From contig CAZVGL010000003.1 in the NCBI GenBank assembly GCA_964626705.1, positions 6,543 to 70,542 on the forward strand: a stretch of 64,000 nt of DNA. The letters run 5' to 3'. The notes beneath the pieces are model-generated. The model was not told the DNA's origin. It was given only the letters and a program-made list of their open reading frames with translations, and ran no database searches. The position numbers were made by a program, and so were the translations under genes. Origin of the DNA: an uncultured Candidatus Saccharibacteria bacterium (GTDB lineage Bacteria > Patescibacteriota > Minisyncoccia > Phycocordibacterales > UBA2163). Below, in pieces: positions 30,206-39,787 of the stretch; position 1 is the stretch's first letter; every line of letters begins with the position of its first letter.

Positions 30206-31501
30206 TTAATTATTATTTTTGTCTTTTAAATCAGCGATCTCTTTCTTGAGTTCAATCATCTTTAACTCCCTACCTGTCATAGCATCGTTCATAGCCTCTG
30301 CGCGCTCTATTGCATTATCAGCTTCTTTTTTCTTCTCTAAGACCACTTCTGTTTGTTCTTTTACTTTTTGGTCGATCTCTCTTTGTGATTTCTTGATAGC
30401 TAATGTCATTTTATCAAATTCCCTAGACAAGTCACCTAATTCATCTTTATATGTAGTACCTACTTTATAATTTAAATCTCCTTTTCCTATGATACTTGCC
30501 CCTTCGCTTAATACCCTTATCCTTCTAGATAAAAAATTAACAAGATATATACTTAAGAATATTGTTACGAAAAGTATTCCAACCATACCAAGCACTGCAA
30601 ATTGCAGTTTTTTATTTATCTCTTTTTTCAATAAGTCAGCCCTCTTTATAATATCAACCAGTATTTTATTAGCGGTGTCTTGCATCAGATCAATTCTAGC
30701 TGTCGCAGACAGAAACCAATGTAAGGCATCTATATTAAAGTCTTCAGTTCTTGAAAATGCAATTTCTCTAATACGCTCCGCTTCATTTACAGAAGGGTCA
30801 GACATCCTTTCTTTAAAGAAATCAATCTGTTCTTGGTTCGCATACCAAGTAAATGCATCAAAATATATATCCTGTGAATGAACTAGGAATAGAAACCTGG
30901 CTTCTGCACCATCACCAAACATATCTGAAGCGAAAGTGTTTGTCATTAATGCCCTTTCTTCCCCTGCTTTTTCTTTACCTTCTATAAAGATAATATATGC
31001 ATTTATATCTTCTGTTAGCTTTACGTCAGGGCTCGTCTGCGATGACACCAGTCTGACCACATCTAACATCTTACTGTTATGCTGGGTATAGAAATCTATA
31101 CCTTCAGAATCTGAAATACTAAGCCCACTTATCTGTGCTCTTAATTCAGAAAGTTTATTGTATTCTGCAAATGCAATATTAAATATATTTACAAACTTTT
31201 CTCCAAAATCTTCAGGATTAAAAGTATTTAAGAATACATCTAGACTCCTTCTTTTTACATTAGTAAGTTGCCTTTGATCACGAAGTACATCTACAAACTC
31301 TGCTCCATCACTCCCCATAAACCCTCCCGTAGCACCACGCTCTTTTTGCATTTCATGGACATACTCGCCAACCTTTGAAGATAGTTGGGACACTTGCTCA
31401 AGAGGTCTTAACTCTTTTAAAATATTTAATTGCTCTGTAATCGTAGTTACAGAAAAATACAATATAAGAATAATTGGAACGACGACCAAAACTCCAAGCA
31501 C
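30206..31501 (-). CDS. Membrane protein with an N-terminal NIT (nitrate/nitrite-sensing-type) domain, TM, HAMP and C-terminal coiled-coil, without an output domain
   Basis: NIT-like motif YVHEMQKERGATGGFMGS...QRQLTN. HAMP motif GDLNYKV...DELGDLSREFDKM. C-terminal MTGRELKMIELKKEIADLK. Confidence 0.55.
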   Translation of the reverse strand: MLGVLVVVPIILILYFSVTTITEQLNILKELRPLEQVSQLSSKVGEYVHEMQKERGATGGFMGSDGAEFVDVLRDQRQLTNVKRRSLDVFLNTFNPEDFGEKFVNIFNIAFAEYNKLSELRAQISGLSISDSEGIDFYTQHNSKMLDVVRLVSSQTSPDVKLTEDINAYIIFIEGKEKAGEERALMTNTFASDMFGDGAEARFLFLVHSQDIYFDAFTWYANQEQIDFFKERMSDPSVNEAERIREIAFSRTEDFNIDALHWFLSATARIDLMQDTANKILVDIIKRADLLKKEINKKLQFAVLGMVGILFVTIFLSIYLVNFLSRRIRVLSEGASIIGKGDLNYKVGTTYKDELGDLSREFDKMTLAIKKSQREIDQKVKEQTEVVLEKKKEADNAIERAEAMNDAMTGRELKMIELKKEIADLKDKNNN

Positions 31502-31660
31502 TTACTTAAAAGATGGACGAAAAGTATTCCCAAAATCTTCTTTTGACTTTTTCCTAGAGTTTTTATTCATAAGCTATGACTCTAGTATATCAGACAAACT
31601 ATAATGACTATTATCTAATTGTGGATAGTCTCTTCATTTTTTGTTGGTTTTTATTATTTT

Positions 31661-32773
31661 TTAAAATAACTTTATTATGTCGCTATAAGTGACAGCAAGC
31701 ATAAGTAGGATAAGTAATATAAAACCAATACCGTTTACTGTATTTACTATTTTTGGTTTTATGGCAGAACGTTTAATTGCCTCGATTATTATAACCACAA
31801 GTCGTCCTCCATCAAGTGCTGGAAATGGAAGTAAGTTTATTATCGCCAAATGTATTGAAATGATCGCTGTAAAATTAAATAAAGCTATTATCCCAAGAGC
31901 CGCCGCATCCCCCACGAGCCCTACGATACCTACCGGCCCTGCAACCTGTGACAAATCTGCGCTAAGTGTAAAGGCGCTTGCTATAAACCCACCGAGCCCG
32001 ACAGCTATGAGGATCGTCATCTCATACGTAAGCACCGCTCCTTCTATTATTGCTTTATGTATAGGAAGTTTAAGAGTACCGACATTACCAAGAAGTGTCC
32101 CTATGACTGCGCGTTCAGGCTCATTCTTTATAACACCAGTTTTAGGCATTACCACAGCAAGTGAAACCTCTTCATTTCTTTCATAAACAAAAGCTATATC
32201 TTCTCCATCATGTTCTGATATGAATTCAGATACAGTATCAGAATCCAATATATCTACAGATTCACTTCTTGTCGCAACGCTTAGCAATATATCCCCTGCC
32301 TTAAGGCCTCCAAGATCTGCAGGAGTGTCACCCAAAACACTTATCACAGTTAATTTTGAATTTGTTATTTCATACCCTTTGTCTACAATAAGAGGATCTC
32401 CTTCAGAGACTGGCATACCTATCATAAAGCCAGCTGAAAATAAAAGTACAGCCAAAAGCATATTGAATATTACTCCAGCTGTTATCACAAGTGCTTGGAT
32501 TCTTCTTTTTTTATTTACAAAACTCCGTTTACTATCTGGGCCTGATATAGATTCATCATTTGGATCTTCACCAAATATCTTCACAAATCCACCAAACGGT
32601 ATCCAGTTTAAAGAATACGTAGTCTCTCCTATTTTCTTACCGAAAATCCTCGGAGGAAACCCTATACCAAACTCATCCACCCTTATTCCTGACTTCTTAG
32701 CACTAATAAAATGCCCGAACTCATGCACGAGGATTAGAACTACAAGTACAATTATAAATATGATTATCGACAT
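31661..32773 (-). CDS. rseP: Site-2 protease (RseP/M50 family zinc metalloprotease with PDZ domain)
   Basis: N-terminal HEFGHF (HExxH) within a TM helix, central PDZ-like region and a C-terminal LDGG motif (FPALDGGRL). Confidence 0.8.
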   Translation of the reverse strand: MSIIIFIIVLVVLILVHEFGHFISAKKSGIRVDEFGIGFPPRIFGKKIGETTYSLNWIPFGGFVKIFGEDPNDESISGPDSKRSFVNKKRRIQALVITAGVIFNMLLAVLLFSAGFMIGMPVSEGDPLIVDKGYEITNSKLTVISVLGDTPADLGGLKAGDILLSVATRSESVDILDSDTVSEFISEHDGEDIAFVYERNEEVSLAVVMPKTGVIKNEPERAVIGTLLGNVGTLKLPIHKAIIEGAVLTYEMTILIAVGLGGFIASAFTLSADLSQVAGPVGIVGLVGDAAALGIIALFNFTAIISIHLAIINLLPFPALDGGRLVVIIIEAIKRSAIKPKIVNTVNGIGFILLILLMLAVTYSDIIKLF

Positions 32774-33324
32774 TAGTTTAATATTTCACTTTCTTTCTTC
32801 GCCGCCATTGCGTCTAGTTTACCATTCTCTTCGTCAATTATCTTTTGCATGTCCTCTTTTAAGCCAAACTTCTCATCTTCACTGATTTCTTTATCTTTTT
32901 CTTTTTGTTGAATATCGTTCCATGTATTGTCACGCTCTCCACGCATAGAAACCCTAGCTGCCTCGAGCTTCTCTTTTACAAGCTTATTTAGAGTCTCTCG
33001 AACTTCTGATGTAAGCTCTGGGAAAAATATCCTCATACCTTTTTCATCTACAGATGTAGAAACACCAAGATTTGAATTTGTGATAGCCTTTTCAATATCT
33101 GTTATTTGTCCTGCATCGTATGGGGTGATGCGGAGCGTTCTTGCATCTTCCATATTGATACCTGCTACTTGGTTTATAGGTGCTTTGGTACCATATGAAT
33201 CAACCATAACGTTATCTAGAAGTGTTGTAGTAGCCCGTCCTGTTCTAATACCAGAAAACTCTTCTTTTAGGTGCTTTTGTATATCTCCTGCTTTTTGCTT
33301 TAAATGTGAAAAATCGTAAGCCAT
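32773..33324 (-). CDS. frr: Ribosome recycling factor
   Basis: 183 aa. GIRTGRATTTLLDNVMVDSYG signature. Confidence 0.9.
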   Translation of the reverse strand: MAYDFSHLKQKAGDIQKHLKEEFSGIRTGRATTTLLDNVMVDSYGTKAPINQVAGINMEDARTLRITPYDAGQITDIEKAITNSNLGVSTSVDEKGMRIFFPELTSEVRETLNKLVKEKLEAARVSMRGERDNTWNDIQQKEKDKEISEDEKFGLKEDMQKIIDEENGKLDAMAAKKESEILN

Positions 33325-33357
33325 ATATATAAGTTATTAATATCTAATTATTAGCTA

Positions 33358-34038
33358 TTATACATTTAAAGCCAAATTTTCCAAAATCATCTTTACAGAC
33401 GGTGCTCTTCCTCTTATATAGTCACGAGACTTTTGTATAGTTTCAAATATCTCTATTCCCTCTCTTGTCCAAGGACCGTCCTTGGACTTGTTATATAAAG
33501 TTGTTTCTAAGTCATTTAAAAACTTTAATGCTTCTTCTTTATCTTTATTATCTATAATATTACTCAAAAGTTTTATACGTTCATTTTTTGATACCTTTAT
33601 AAAATCATTAGCTAACATCATGTCAGCATCTAATATGCTTTTTAATTTTATTATTTGAAATCTAGACTTAAGAGTTGGTAAAAATATTTCAGATGATGAA
33701 GTTATTATAAAAAAATGCACACCTTCTGCAGGCTCTTCAAAAAGTTTAAGCAGTGCGTTTTGCGCTTCTGAGGTAATTGATGAAAAAGCAATTACAAAAA
33801 TCCGCATACTTCCTTCCACAGCTTTTCGTGAAGCTTGTGTTTGTAACTCTCGTCCACTATCTATATTAAAGCTCTCAAACTCATGGAAATAGAAATCTAA
33901 ATTTGCTTTAGTTTTTATATTTAAATCATTCTCAAAAAAATTATACAAATTAGAAATAGCTGTCTTTCTATCTCCCTCTAATGCATAAGCGTGGTGCAAA
34001 TTTCCAGTCTTTTTGTATGAATCAATAATACTTTTCAT
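33358..34038 (-). CDS. holB: DNA polymerase III delta-prime subunit, short form
   Basis: HHAYALEGD near the N-terminus (degenerate Walker A as in delta-prime). NALLKLFEEP and TLKSRFQ (sensor-2-like) motifs. Confidence 0.5.
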   Translation of the reverse strand: MKSIIDSYKKTGNLHHAYALEGDRKTAISNLYNFFENDLNIKTKANLDFYFHEFESFNIDSGRELQTQASRKAVEGSMRIFVIAFSSITSEAQNALLKLFEEPAEGVHFFIITSSSEIFLPTLKSRFQIIKLKSILDADMMLANDFIKVSKNERIKLLSNIIDNKDKEEALKFLNDLETTLYNKSKDGPWTREGIEIFETIQKSRDYIRGRAPSVKMILENLALNV

Positions 34039-34059
34039 GCCTTTATTATACCAAATTGA

Positions 34060-34081
34060 TTAACTCAACCGGTTGAGTTAA
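34060..34081. promoter_or_regulatory. Perfect palindrome TTAACTCAAC-CG-GTTGAGTTAA overlapping the holB promoter region (TATAAT box 7 nt before the ATG). Candidate operator.
   Basis: Read directly. A second hairpin (34104-34128) plus T-run lies next to it. Confidence 0.4.
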
Positions 34082-34147
34082 TCAAACGGCTTTAAATAAG
34101 GCTCCACAAAGGACAGTCCTTTGTGTGGATAACTTTTTTTTGTTTTT

Positions 34148-37100
34148 TTATTTACCTTTCCCTGGCCAACGGTTGTAAAGTAGTGGAACTAAGAGAAGTG
34201 TTATGATAGAAGCAAACGATAGCCCAAAGATTATAGCAAATGCAAGTGGGCTCCAAAGGTCAGATGCATAAGTAAGGGGGATAATTCCAATCACTGTAGT
34301 CAAACTTGTAAGTACAATAGGACGAAGTCTTGAGGCTGACCCTTCTATTACGATGTCACGCAAACTCATATTATGAGTTTTGCCACTTTCTTTTCTTAGA
34401 TTATTAATAACGTCAATCAAAATGATGGCATTGTTTACTACGATACCAGAAAGTGCGATGTAACCCATCATAGATGGGAACGACAAAGCTTTACCAGATA
34501 TAGCAAGTCCCGTAAAGATTCCTATTAAAGAAAGTGGCACTATTGCTATAATAAATATCGCATGCCTAAATGAATTAAACTGAAGCACTAGTATAGAGAT
34601 CACCAAAAGCATACCTATTATAAGTGCTACGAACATATCTCTAAAAGACTGATCTACATCTTCACTTTCTCCACCTACTTTATAAGTCACACCCTCGACA
34701 AGACCCACTTCATTAATCCTTTCTTTAAATTCTTTTACTATATCTCCAGCGACGGCACCATCTGCAACCTCACTAGATACAGATTCATACCTATTAAGCT
34801 CTTCATGACGTATAAGTGCGGGACTTTTTTCTATTGATGTAGTTGTGAGTGACCCAAGCAGAACAGGACCATTTGGTGTTTGTATCTCGATCTGTCGTAT
34901 AGTATCCATTGTAGTTTTTGAAGTATCATGTGGAGTCCTATAGTTATTATTTAGATTAAGTTTTACTTGCACATCGATATCCTCCCCATCTTTATGTATA
35001 GTAGTCGCTGTTGCACCATGAATAGCAACACGCAAAGTCTGCGCAATAGTACCAAGATCAAGACCAACTTCCGCTATCTTTGCTCTATCTACACGCATAA
35101 CAAACTCTATATTGTCTCCTAATATACTCGTCTCAACTTCTCTTGTGCCGTCAATATTTTTTAAGAGTTTTTTAGCACTCTCTGCAGCACGTTCAAGATC
35201 GTTCAGATCATCACCAAAGAATTGTATAAATACCGGTGCACCTGTAGGAGGACCTTCATCTGCTTGGAGTATTCTTATCTCAGCATTTCTTATAGCACGA
35301 AATTCTTTTCGTAATTCTTCTGAAATAACAGTACTGGTTTTATCTTTTTTACTTTTCAGAACTGCTGTAATGTTTGCAAGCCTTCCGCTTCCCTGCCCAC
35401 CATCACCTCCAAAATCACTAGACGCACCAACTGTAGTTACAAATGATTCTATGTTTGGTCGTGTATATAATATCTCTTCGACAGCTCGTACTGACAGGTC
35501 GGTTTGTGAGAGCTCTGTCCCTTGAGGCCTTTCAACTTCAACAAATATAAAATCAGAATCTTCTTGTTCGAAGAAAATAGTTTTGACCACACCAGTTATC
35601 GGAAGAGCAAGCGCTACTATAAACAAGACAATTAGAATTATAAAAAACCATCTTTCTCTTATTTTATTTCCTAATAGACTACGGAGTATTTTCTTATACC
35701 ATTCTTTTATTTTTGAGGTATAAACCTCTTGTTTTTCTTCAAACGCACTTACCCCTCTTTTTTTCAAAGCTTTAGCTGAAATAAGAGGTATTATTCCAAG
35801 TGCTACAAAAAGTGAAGCTATAAGCACAAATATAATAGTAAAAGGTATGCCAGCTATAAATTCCCCTGTAACACCTGATATGAAAAATAGTGGTGCAAAC
35901 ACGGCAATAGTCGTCATCGTACCCGAAGTCAGAGGCCAATGAAACTCTTTTATAGTTTTACGAGCGGCATCTTTTCCTACCAAACCTTCACGCATATTTG
36001 TATGAGTACCTTCTGTTACCACGATCGCTGAATCTACTAAGATACCCACTGCTAAAATAAGAGAAAAGAGACTTATAAAGTTTATAGTATTGCCTGTGAC
36101 TTGAAGCCCGACAAACCCTATGAGAAAAGAAAGTGGTATAGCAAGCCCTGCAATAAGAGCTTCTCGCCAACCTATAGCTATAAATAGAATAACCATAACA
36201 AGTATTATCGTCTGAAGACCTGTGAACGAAAGTGTCCTTAAGTCGTCTTTTACAAACTCTCCAGTATCAAGAGCTACAAGTACTGTTGTATTCATAAGCA
36301 CACTATCATTCTGCAGCTCTGCTAACTTTTCCCTTACACTTCCAGCTATCTTTGTAATATCTCCACCTCTTTTCTTAAATACTGAAAACGTCACGGCTTG
36401 TTCTGATGGAGCACCATCAATACTGATCCTTGAAAATGTAGTCGTCTTACTTACACCATCTGACACAAAAGCAACATCTCGAACATAGATCGGTTGCCCA
36501 TCTGAAGTACCTATTACCATATTCGCAATCTCTGAAGTTTCTTTTATATCTCCTTGAAACTTCACAGAGTACTCAATACCATCGAGCGTGATTCCTCCAA
36601 TAGGAAGTGAGGTGTTTGAAAGAGATAATGCTCGCACTACATCCACAAGTCGTACACCAAACTTATGTAACTGAGTTTTGTTTACTATCACTTGTACTTC
36701 ACGGTCTTGTATTCCACTTTTTATAACTTTCGATACTCCTTTTACACTTTTAAGCTCATCTACTGTATCCTCTGCAAGCTCTATAAACTTAGTAACCGGC
36801 AGATCACTTGCAATAGATACTAGCATTATCGGCTGATCGACAAAGTTAACCTCAGACACAAAGGGATCCTCTGCATCAGTTGGTAATTCTCTTTTTATTT
36901 TTTCTACTTCATCTTTTACTTCTCGTACAGAATCGTCAATATCAGCATCCGCATTAAACTCAGCGATAACAACAGACACACCTTCTCGTGATATTGAAGT
37001 TATTTTATTTAATTCATCAAGATTATTATTTAAAGCCTCTTCTATTTCATTTGTTATGAGTTCTTCTACATCTTCAGCTCCTGCACCTGGGAATATAGTA

Positions 37101-37246
37101 GTAGTGATAGCAATAGGTATTTGCACTTCAGGGGATGACTCTTTTGGTATTATTATAACTGAAAAAATACCAAAAATAACAAGCGCCACTATGAGTAGTA
37201 GACTAAAGCTTGATTTCTTTAGAAAAAAATTCCAGATATTTATCAT
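34148..37246 (-). CDS. RND-superfamily efflux transporter permease (AcrB/HAE-like, 12 TM with two large loops)
   Basis: 1032 aa. Two blocks of about 6 TM helices each preceded by large hydrophilic loops. Conserved GxxxD TM4 region. Confidence 0.8.
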   Translation of the reverse strand: MINIWNFFLKKSSFSLLLIVALVIFGIFSVIIIPKESSPEVQIPIAITTTIFPGAGAEDVEELITNEIEEALNNNLDELNKITSISREGVSVVIAEFNADADIDDSVREVKDEVEKIKRELPTDAEDPFVSEVNFVDQPIMLVSIASDLPVTKFIELAEDTVDELKSVKGVSKVIKSGIQDREVQVIVNKTQLHKFGVRLVDVVRALSLSNTSLPIGGITLDGIEYSVKFQGDIKETSEIANMVIGTSDGQPIYVRDVAFVSDGVSKTTTFSRISIDGAPSEQAVTFSVFKKRGGDITKIAGSVREKLAELQNDSVLMNTTVLVALDTGEFVKDDLRTLSFTGLQTIILVMVILFIAIGWREALIAGLAIPLSFLIGFVGLQVTGNTINFISLFSLILAVGILVDSAIVVTEGTHTNMREGLVGKDAARKTIKEFHWPLTSGTMTTIAVFAPLFFISGVTGEFIAGIPFTIIFVLIASLFVALGIIPLISAKALKKRGVSAFEEKQEVYTSKIKEWYKKILRSLLGNKIRERWFFIILIVLFIVALALPITGVVKTIFFEQEDSDFIFVEVERPQGTELSQTDLSVRAVEEILYTRPNIESFVTTVGASSDFGGDGGQGSGRLANITAVLKSKKDKTSTVISEELRKEFRAIRNAEIRILQADEGPPTGAPVFIQFFGDDLNDLERAAESAKKLLKNIDGTREVETSILGDNIEFVMRVDRAKIAEVGLDLGTIAQTLRVAIHGATATTIHKDGEDIDVQVKLNLNNNYRTPHDTSKTTMDTIRQIEIQTPNGPVLLGSLTTTSIEKSPALIRHEELNRYESVSSEVADGAVAGDIVKEFKERINEVGLVEGVTYKVGGESEDVDQSFRDMFVALIIGMLLVISILVLQFNSFRHAIFIIAIVPLSLIGIFTGLAISGKALSFPSMMGYIALSGIVVNNAIILIDVINNLRKESGKTHNMSLRDIVIEGSASRLRPIVLTSLTTVIGIIPLTYASDLWSPLAFAIIFGLSFASIITLLLVPLLYNRWPGKGK

Positions 37247-37248
37247 AT

Positions 37249-38859
37249 TTATTTTATTACAACCTCTTGTCCACTATCGAGCCCTCTAGCATCAAGAACG
37301 ATCTTCATGTCAGAAGTTATGCCTGAGAAAATAATGATCCCGTTGCCTACGATTGACCCAACAGATACAGGGTGTTCTATAAGTTTATTTTTTCCTCCAC
37401 CTAAAGGCAGTGCATCATCCACCGTAAACACAAAAATGCCATCTGTCTTTATCTTAAGAGAGGAGATCGGTACTATTATTTCTTTTGTACCATCATCAAC
37501 TACAAACGATCTTTCTACTTTTAGTTCTACAGACTCACCTTCTATAAAATCTGTCTCTGGGTCGACAATAGCCACTTTTAACTCTATCTTTTTGGTTTTT
37601 TTATCAAGCGCTGGTGCAACTTCAGATACTACTCCATCAAATCGGTCTTCTATAAGAGCTTTTGCGCCAACTATAATAGTTTTTTTATCATCTTCTGTTA
37701 TAAAAGATGTTATTTCAAGTGCATCGGAGTTTGATATAACTACAGCAGATTCAAATACTGAAACAAAATCCCCATTTTCAATATCAATATCGTTTATTGT
37801 TCCAGAAATAGGAGACCTTATAATAGTCTTTTCAAGACCTGATTGAGCTTGCCTTAATGCGCCTTGTGTTTGCTTTAATGCTGCTTGAGCTACTAATACA
37901 TCCTCTTCTCTACCACCAGCAAATCCTTCTTCTTGCTGTTTTTTTGCAATATCATATGAAGCAATCTTATTATTTAGATTATCTTTTGCAGAAGAAATGT
38001 CTGAAAGCGATGTATTGACACTTGTACGTGCTCCAAGTACCGCAGCTTTCCATGTATCGATCGTAGTCTGACTAAGATTTGTATTTGGTGTAAGTGAGTT
38101 TACAGCAGAAGCAGAATCATCAAGAAAATCTTTTATAAGAATAAGATTATTTTTTGCTTTTTCTAAAGAGATAAATAAGTCGTCATCTATAGCTATCTCA
38201 CCAAGCTCATCACTCCATAAGTCGAGCATATTCTCAATAGTAAAACGTCCAGACTCTATATCTGTTTCAAGCTGAGAATTAGTACTAACAAAAGAAAGCT
38301 GTGGATTAGTACCTGAAGGATTACTAAAGAATTGATCAACCTTATTACGCACCGCATCATCTGCAGCTCCTAATTCACTTTGCAAAGTATTAATAGTTGA
38401 TTGCTTTGCTTCCTCCAAAAGATCTTCGGCTTGATGAAGCTTTAATTCAAGGATTGATATTTGTTCTGAACGTGATCCAAGACGCGTTTTTGTAAGAGTT
38501 GCTTCTGCTGATTCTACCGCACCTTGTGCAGTAAGTACGGCTGCACGTTGTGAAGAATTTTCAATTTCTGCGATTATTCTTCCTGCATGTACAAAATCTC
38601 CAACTTCAGCATAAACACCTACAACCTTTCCAGAAACTTCTGTTTTCACTGTTACCTCATTTTCAGATGTCACCTCTCCGACAAGAGGAAGTGGAATACC
38701 TGTTTCTTGAAGACTTTTTATAGATATAAGACTAACCTCTTTCACAACATCAGTATCTAAGTCATCACCGTTTGACCCATTACGTGACAAAAGAGTAAAG
38801 CCAGCGACTGCTCCTAAAACAATTAAAATAAGTAGTGTTATAAGTATTTTTTTAAACAT
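37249..38859 (-). CDS. Efflux adaptor / membrane-fusion protein (HlyD/AcrA family) with a long coiled-coil
   Basis: N-terminal TM, lipoyl/beta-barrel-like segments flanking about 200 aa of coiled-coil. Gene abuts the RND permease. Confidence 0.7.
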   Translation of the reverse strand: MFKKILITLLILIVLGAVAGFTLLSRNGSNGDDLDTDVVKEVSLISIKSLQETGIPLPLVGEVTSENEVTVKTEVSGKVVGVYAEVGDFVHAGRIIAEIENSSQRAAVLTAQGAVESAEATLTKTRLGSRSEQISILELKLHQAEDLLEEAKQSTINTLQSELGAADDAVRNKVDQFFSNPSGTNPQLSFVSTNSQLETDIESGRFTIENMLDLWSDELGEIAIDDDLFISLEKAKNNLILIKDFLDDSASAVNSLTPNTNLSQTTIDTWKAAVLGARTSVNTSLSDISSAKDNLNNKIASYDIAKKQQEEGFAGGREEDVLVAQAALKQTQGALRQAQSGLEKTIIRSPISGTINDIDIENGDFVSVFESAVVISNSDALEITSFITEDDKKTIIVGAKALIEDRFDGVVSEVAPALDKKTKKIELKVAIVDPETDFIEGESVELKVERSFVVDDGTKEIIVPISSLKIKTDGIFVFTVDDALPLGGGKNKLIEHPVSVGSIVGNGIIIFSGITSDMKIVLDARGLDSGQEVVIK

Positions 38860-39010
38860 ATTTGTATATTTAACGCTTCTTTAAGGTATTTTAAAATAAT
38901 AAAAAGTATACCACATCCTAGACAATAAGTAAATACTTATGTCAAGCAAGACGCTCTAAAAAAGACCCCCGTGGAGGGCCGTGAAATAGTACTTTTTAAG
39001 TCAAGAAGTA

Positions 39011-39490
39011 CTATATAAAAAATACAAAAGTAATAAACAAAGCAAATACAGCTATCGCAAGAAGAGTGTTTATGAAGATACCAGAGATAGACCCTATAAG
39101 TGACCCAGTTGCAGCTTTTAAAGCCTTTGTTTTATCTCCCTTCATAACAAACTCTGAAATTAAAATGCCAAGGAAAAGACCTAGAAAACCTCCAAATGGC
39201 GGTATAAGTAAAAACCCTAATACCAAACCCAAAAATCCAAAAGATATTCCCCTCCTCGATGCACCACCATATTTTGCACCTATGACTCCGGCAAAATAAT
39301 CTACAAGAATAGATACTACAAGTATCCCAGCAAATACTAAAAGATTATTAATAGTAAATCTTTCAAACCCATCAAGAAGCCCGAAGATGCCCGCCATCAA
39401 AAACATGTATGGCAATGCTGGCATCATAGGGATAAATGTCATAAACATTCCTGGGAATAATAGTATTGTAAATATTATTGGTAAAAACAT
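39011..39490 (-). CDS. Small polytopic membrane protein (DUF456-like), hypothetical
   Basis: 159 aa with about 4 TM helices and a Gly-rich GxxxG packing motif. Confidence 0.35.
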   Translation of the reverse strand: MFLPIIFTILLFPGMFMTFIPMMPALPYMFLMAGIFGLLDGFERFTINNLLVFAGILVVSILVDYFAGVIGAKYGGASRRGISFGFLGLVLGFLLIPPFGGFLGLFLGILISEFVMKGDKTKALKAATGSLIGSISGIFINTLLAIAVFALFITFVFFI

Positions 39491-39624
39491 TTTATTCAGA
39501 ACTCATTTCTTTTTTTATGTCATTCACATCAAAAGGCCTTGGGAGAGTCTCTGCACTTTTATAAAGTACTATAGCCAAAAGCACTAAATTATTATAAATA
39601 TAACAAGTACTGTGTTTTTCATCT

Positions 39625-39783
39625 TTATACTCGGTTTTTAAACAGACCAACTATTCCAACAAATATAAGTAGCAATGTTGCAGCATTTAAAACTGTACTA
39701 AAAGTCTCATTTAGATCACCAAAAAACATAGTATGAATAAAACCTATAGCTATACCTAGTATTGCGATTTGAATACTTCTCAT
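39625..39783 (-). CDS. Small membrane peptide (52 aa), hypothetical
   Basis: ATG to stop immediately downstream of ackA. Two hydrophobic segments. Not in the track because it is shorter than 60 aa. Confidence 0.25.
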   Translation of the reverse strand: MRSIQIAILGIAIGFIHTMFFGDLNETFSTVLNAATLLLIFVGIVGLFKNRV

Positions 39784-39787
39784 AGTA

